NCBI GenBank assembly: GCA_964573355.1 | Contig: CAZNJH010000001.1 | Coordinates: forward strand, 10,470-37,363 | DNA length: 26,894 nt | Source: an uncultured Candidatus Saccharibacteria bacterium | GTDB taxonomy: Bacteria > Patescibacteriota > Saccharimonadia > Saccharimonadales > UBA7683 | Direction of reading: 5' to 3' | Made by a program: the position numbers and the translations under genes | The notes under the pieces: model-generated | Databases searched by the model: none | Told to the model about the DNA's origin: nothing | What the model saw: the letters and a program-made list of their open reading frames with translations, nothing else | Shown here: positions 25,569 to 26,894 of the stretch, one piece after another | Layout of the letters: each line of letters begins with the position of its first letter | Position numbering within the stretch: position 1 is the first letter of the stretch

Positions 25569-26893
25569 TTCTTTCTCCTGTTTACTTTTGCACGACTCGA
25601 CGAATGACCTTCAAGTAATTCTTTTAGACTCGCCTCATATTGGCTTGAAGATGCCCCAGATCCCTGAGGCTGAAAACCGCCAAGCATCCCGGTTGGTGCC
25701 GCTGTCTGCTGGTGGATTTCTCTAAATTTTTCTGGTAATATAACTGGCTTATCATATGCCTTAAGCTGCGCGTGTGAATCCACATCCGGATTTACAATGA
25801 CATCAAGTGTTTTAGCTTTTACGCAAGGGAGCAACTGGCCACCAGCACTTAATCGTAGAAATACTTCTCTTGGATGCAAACTTGTTAACATTTGCACCCG
25901 CACCTCGGACTGTTTTAAACCTTTTTCTTTTTCGCCTTCTAGAATTTCTTTAGGTATCTCTATGTTAAGATTTCCTTCTAGTGAACGAGCATCTTCTTCG
26001 GATACTTTAAATACATAATAATTCATGACATTCGCAAAAATTGCATCACGAAGATCTTTTTCTATTTGGCCAAAGTATTGTTGGGTTAAAACGACTGATA
26101 GACCAAATTTTCGTGCTTCTGCCAAAATCGAAGACAGTGCTGGGTTCTGAACAACTGACACCTCGTCTATAACAAGTAGCACTTTTTGATCGAATGCCTT
26201 TGCCTGCGCCAGCAGAAATATTTGCTGAATAAGCAAGCCTGCGATTGTTTTAACTACCTTCTCACCCATACTTACTTTATTGAGCGAAAATACTGTTAAG
26301 AAGTTGCTGTTAATAATCTGCGCAAGTGAAGTTGCGTTTTGATCATTTGCAGCCAGGCTGGGCTGCATCTGCATTTCATCCACAAGCGACACCACTGGAG
26401 AAATAGCTTCATTATAGTATTGCGTGCGTATCTCGTTAAAATCAGTTCCAAAAAAACGAACGATGTTTTCTGGTACGTATCCTTGAACATGCGATAGTAG
26501 TTGGTTTCGGTATTCAATATCCGTTATAAACCGCTTAAGATTATCCAGAGACATTACCTGTGCGGTCATTAAAACGTACAGTGCAAAACGCAAGACGCGT
26601 TCTAGCTTAGGGTTGTGCTGTTCATTAAGTAATGACTTGAATAAAGTTCCAGTTAATTCTGTTGCGGCCGAAATATCTGTCCCAGCACCACCAAAAAGCT
26701 CAGCGCCCTGCTCTGTCCCTTTAAAATTAATGATGTTCGATTGTCGAACCCCTTTTAAGTCTTTTTCTAATGAAGCATGGGGGTCTATCACGACAACTTT
26801 GTAGTTTTGCGCAAAACTTGAAGAATTCGATAGTTTATTTACAATGAGCGTTATAAGCTTAGATTTTCCGCTACCGCTCGCGCCGATTATGAA
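25565..26893 (-). CDS. HerA/VirD4/FtsK-superfamily P-loop ATPase (5' end outside the window)
   Basis: The frame stays open beyond the tracked GTG 26791 to the window edge: [11 protein letters not shown] (Walker A), VVIDPH, LLVIDE (Walker B), [15 protein letters not shown]. Confidence 0.88.
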   Translation of the reverse strand, partial: FIIGASGSGKSKLITLIVNKLSNSSSFAQNYKVVVIDPHASLEKDLKGVRQSNIINFKGTEQGAELFGGAGTDISAATELTGTLFKSLLNEQHNPKLERVLRFALYVLMTAQVMSLDNLKRFITDIEYRNQLLSHVQGYVPENIVRFFGTDFNEIRTQYYNEAISPVVSLVDEMQMQPSLAANDQNATSLAQIINSNFLTVFSLNKVSMGEKVVKTIAGLLIQQIFLLAQAKAFDQKVLLVIDEVSVVQNPALSSILAEARKFGLSVVLTQQYFGQIEKDLRDAIFANVMNYYVFKVSEEDARSLEGNLNIEIPKEILEGEKEKGLKQSEVRVQMLTSLHPREVFLRLSAGGQLLPCVKAKTLDVIVNPDVDSHAQLKAYDKPVILPEKFREIHQQTAAPTGMLGGFQPQGSGASSSQYEASLKELLEGHSSSRAKVNRRKK

Positions 26894-26894
26894 C

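Noticed and set aside
1-26894. tRNA, rRNA, tmRNA, SRP/RNase P RNA, CRISPR array, IS or prophage
   Set aside because: Intergenic gaps are all under about 185 bp and lack the signature motifs; no spaced repeats, transposase or integrase seen by eye.

Overview
This is a densely packed, mostly housekeeping chromosomal segment. It most resembles a Candidatus Saccharibacteria (TM7, Patescibacteria/CPR) genome; that assignment is inferred from gene content and style (extended bL19, DUF5665-like protein, Cys-less PilB/GspE ATPase, HerA/VirD4-like ATPase), not from a search. Gene order: radA, membrane-anchored HExxH peptidase, clpC (with a perfect CIRCE operator), Cys-rich hypothetical, nusA, pepN, rnhB, rplS, malic enzyme, PilB/GspE ATPase, SpoU/TrmH methyltransferase, dnaE, recF, four small membrane proteins (incl. 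YtxH), gatB, hypothetical, gatA, gatC, an alpha/beta hydrolase, a hexapeptide-repeat protein and a 5'-truncated HerA/VirD4-like ATPase. I found no tRNA, rRNA, CRISPR array, intein or mobile element, and nothing that amounts to a demonstrated new system. The best leads are: a membrane-anchored HEPN-motif protein coupled inside gatCAB; -10 boxes 6-9 nt before the ATG of ten genes (apparent leaderless mRNAs); a CIRCE-controlled clpC; a probable nusA attenuator; and the ATPase plus beta-solenoid pair. The supplied ORF track labels 23570..24832 as minus strand, but its translation is read from the plus strand.
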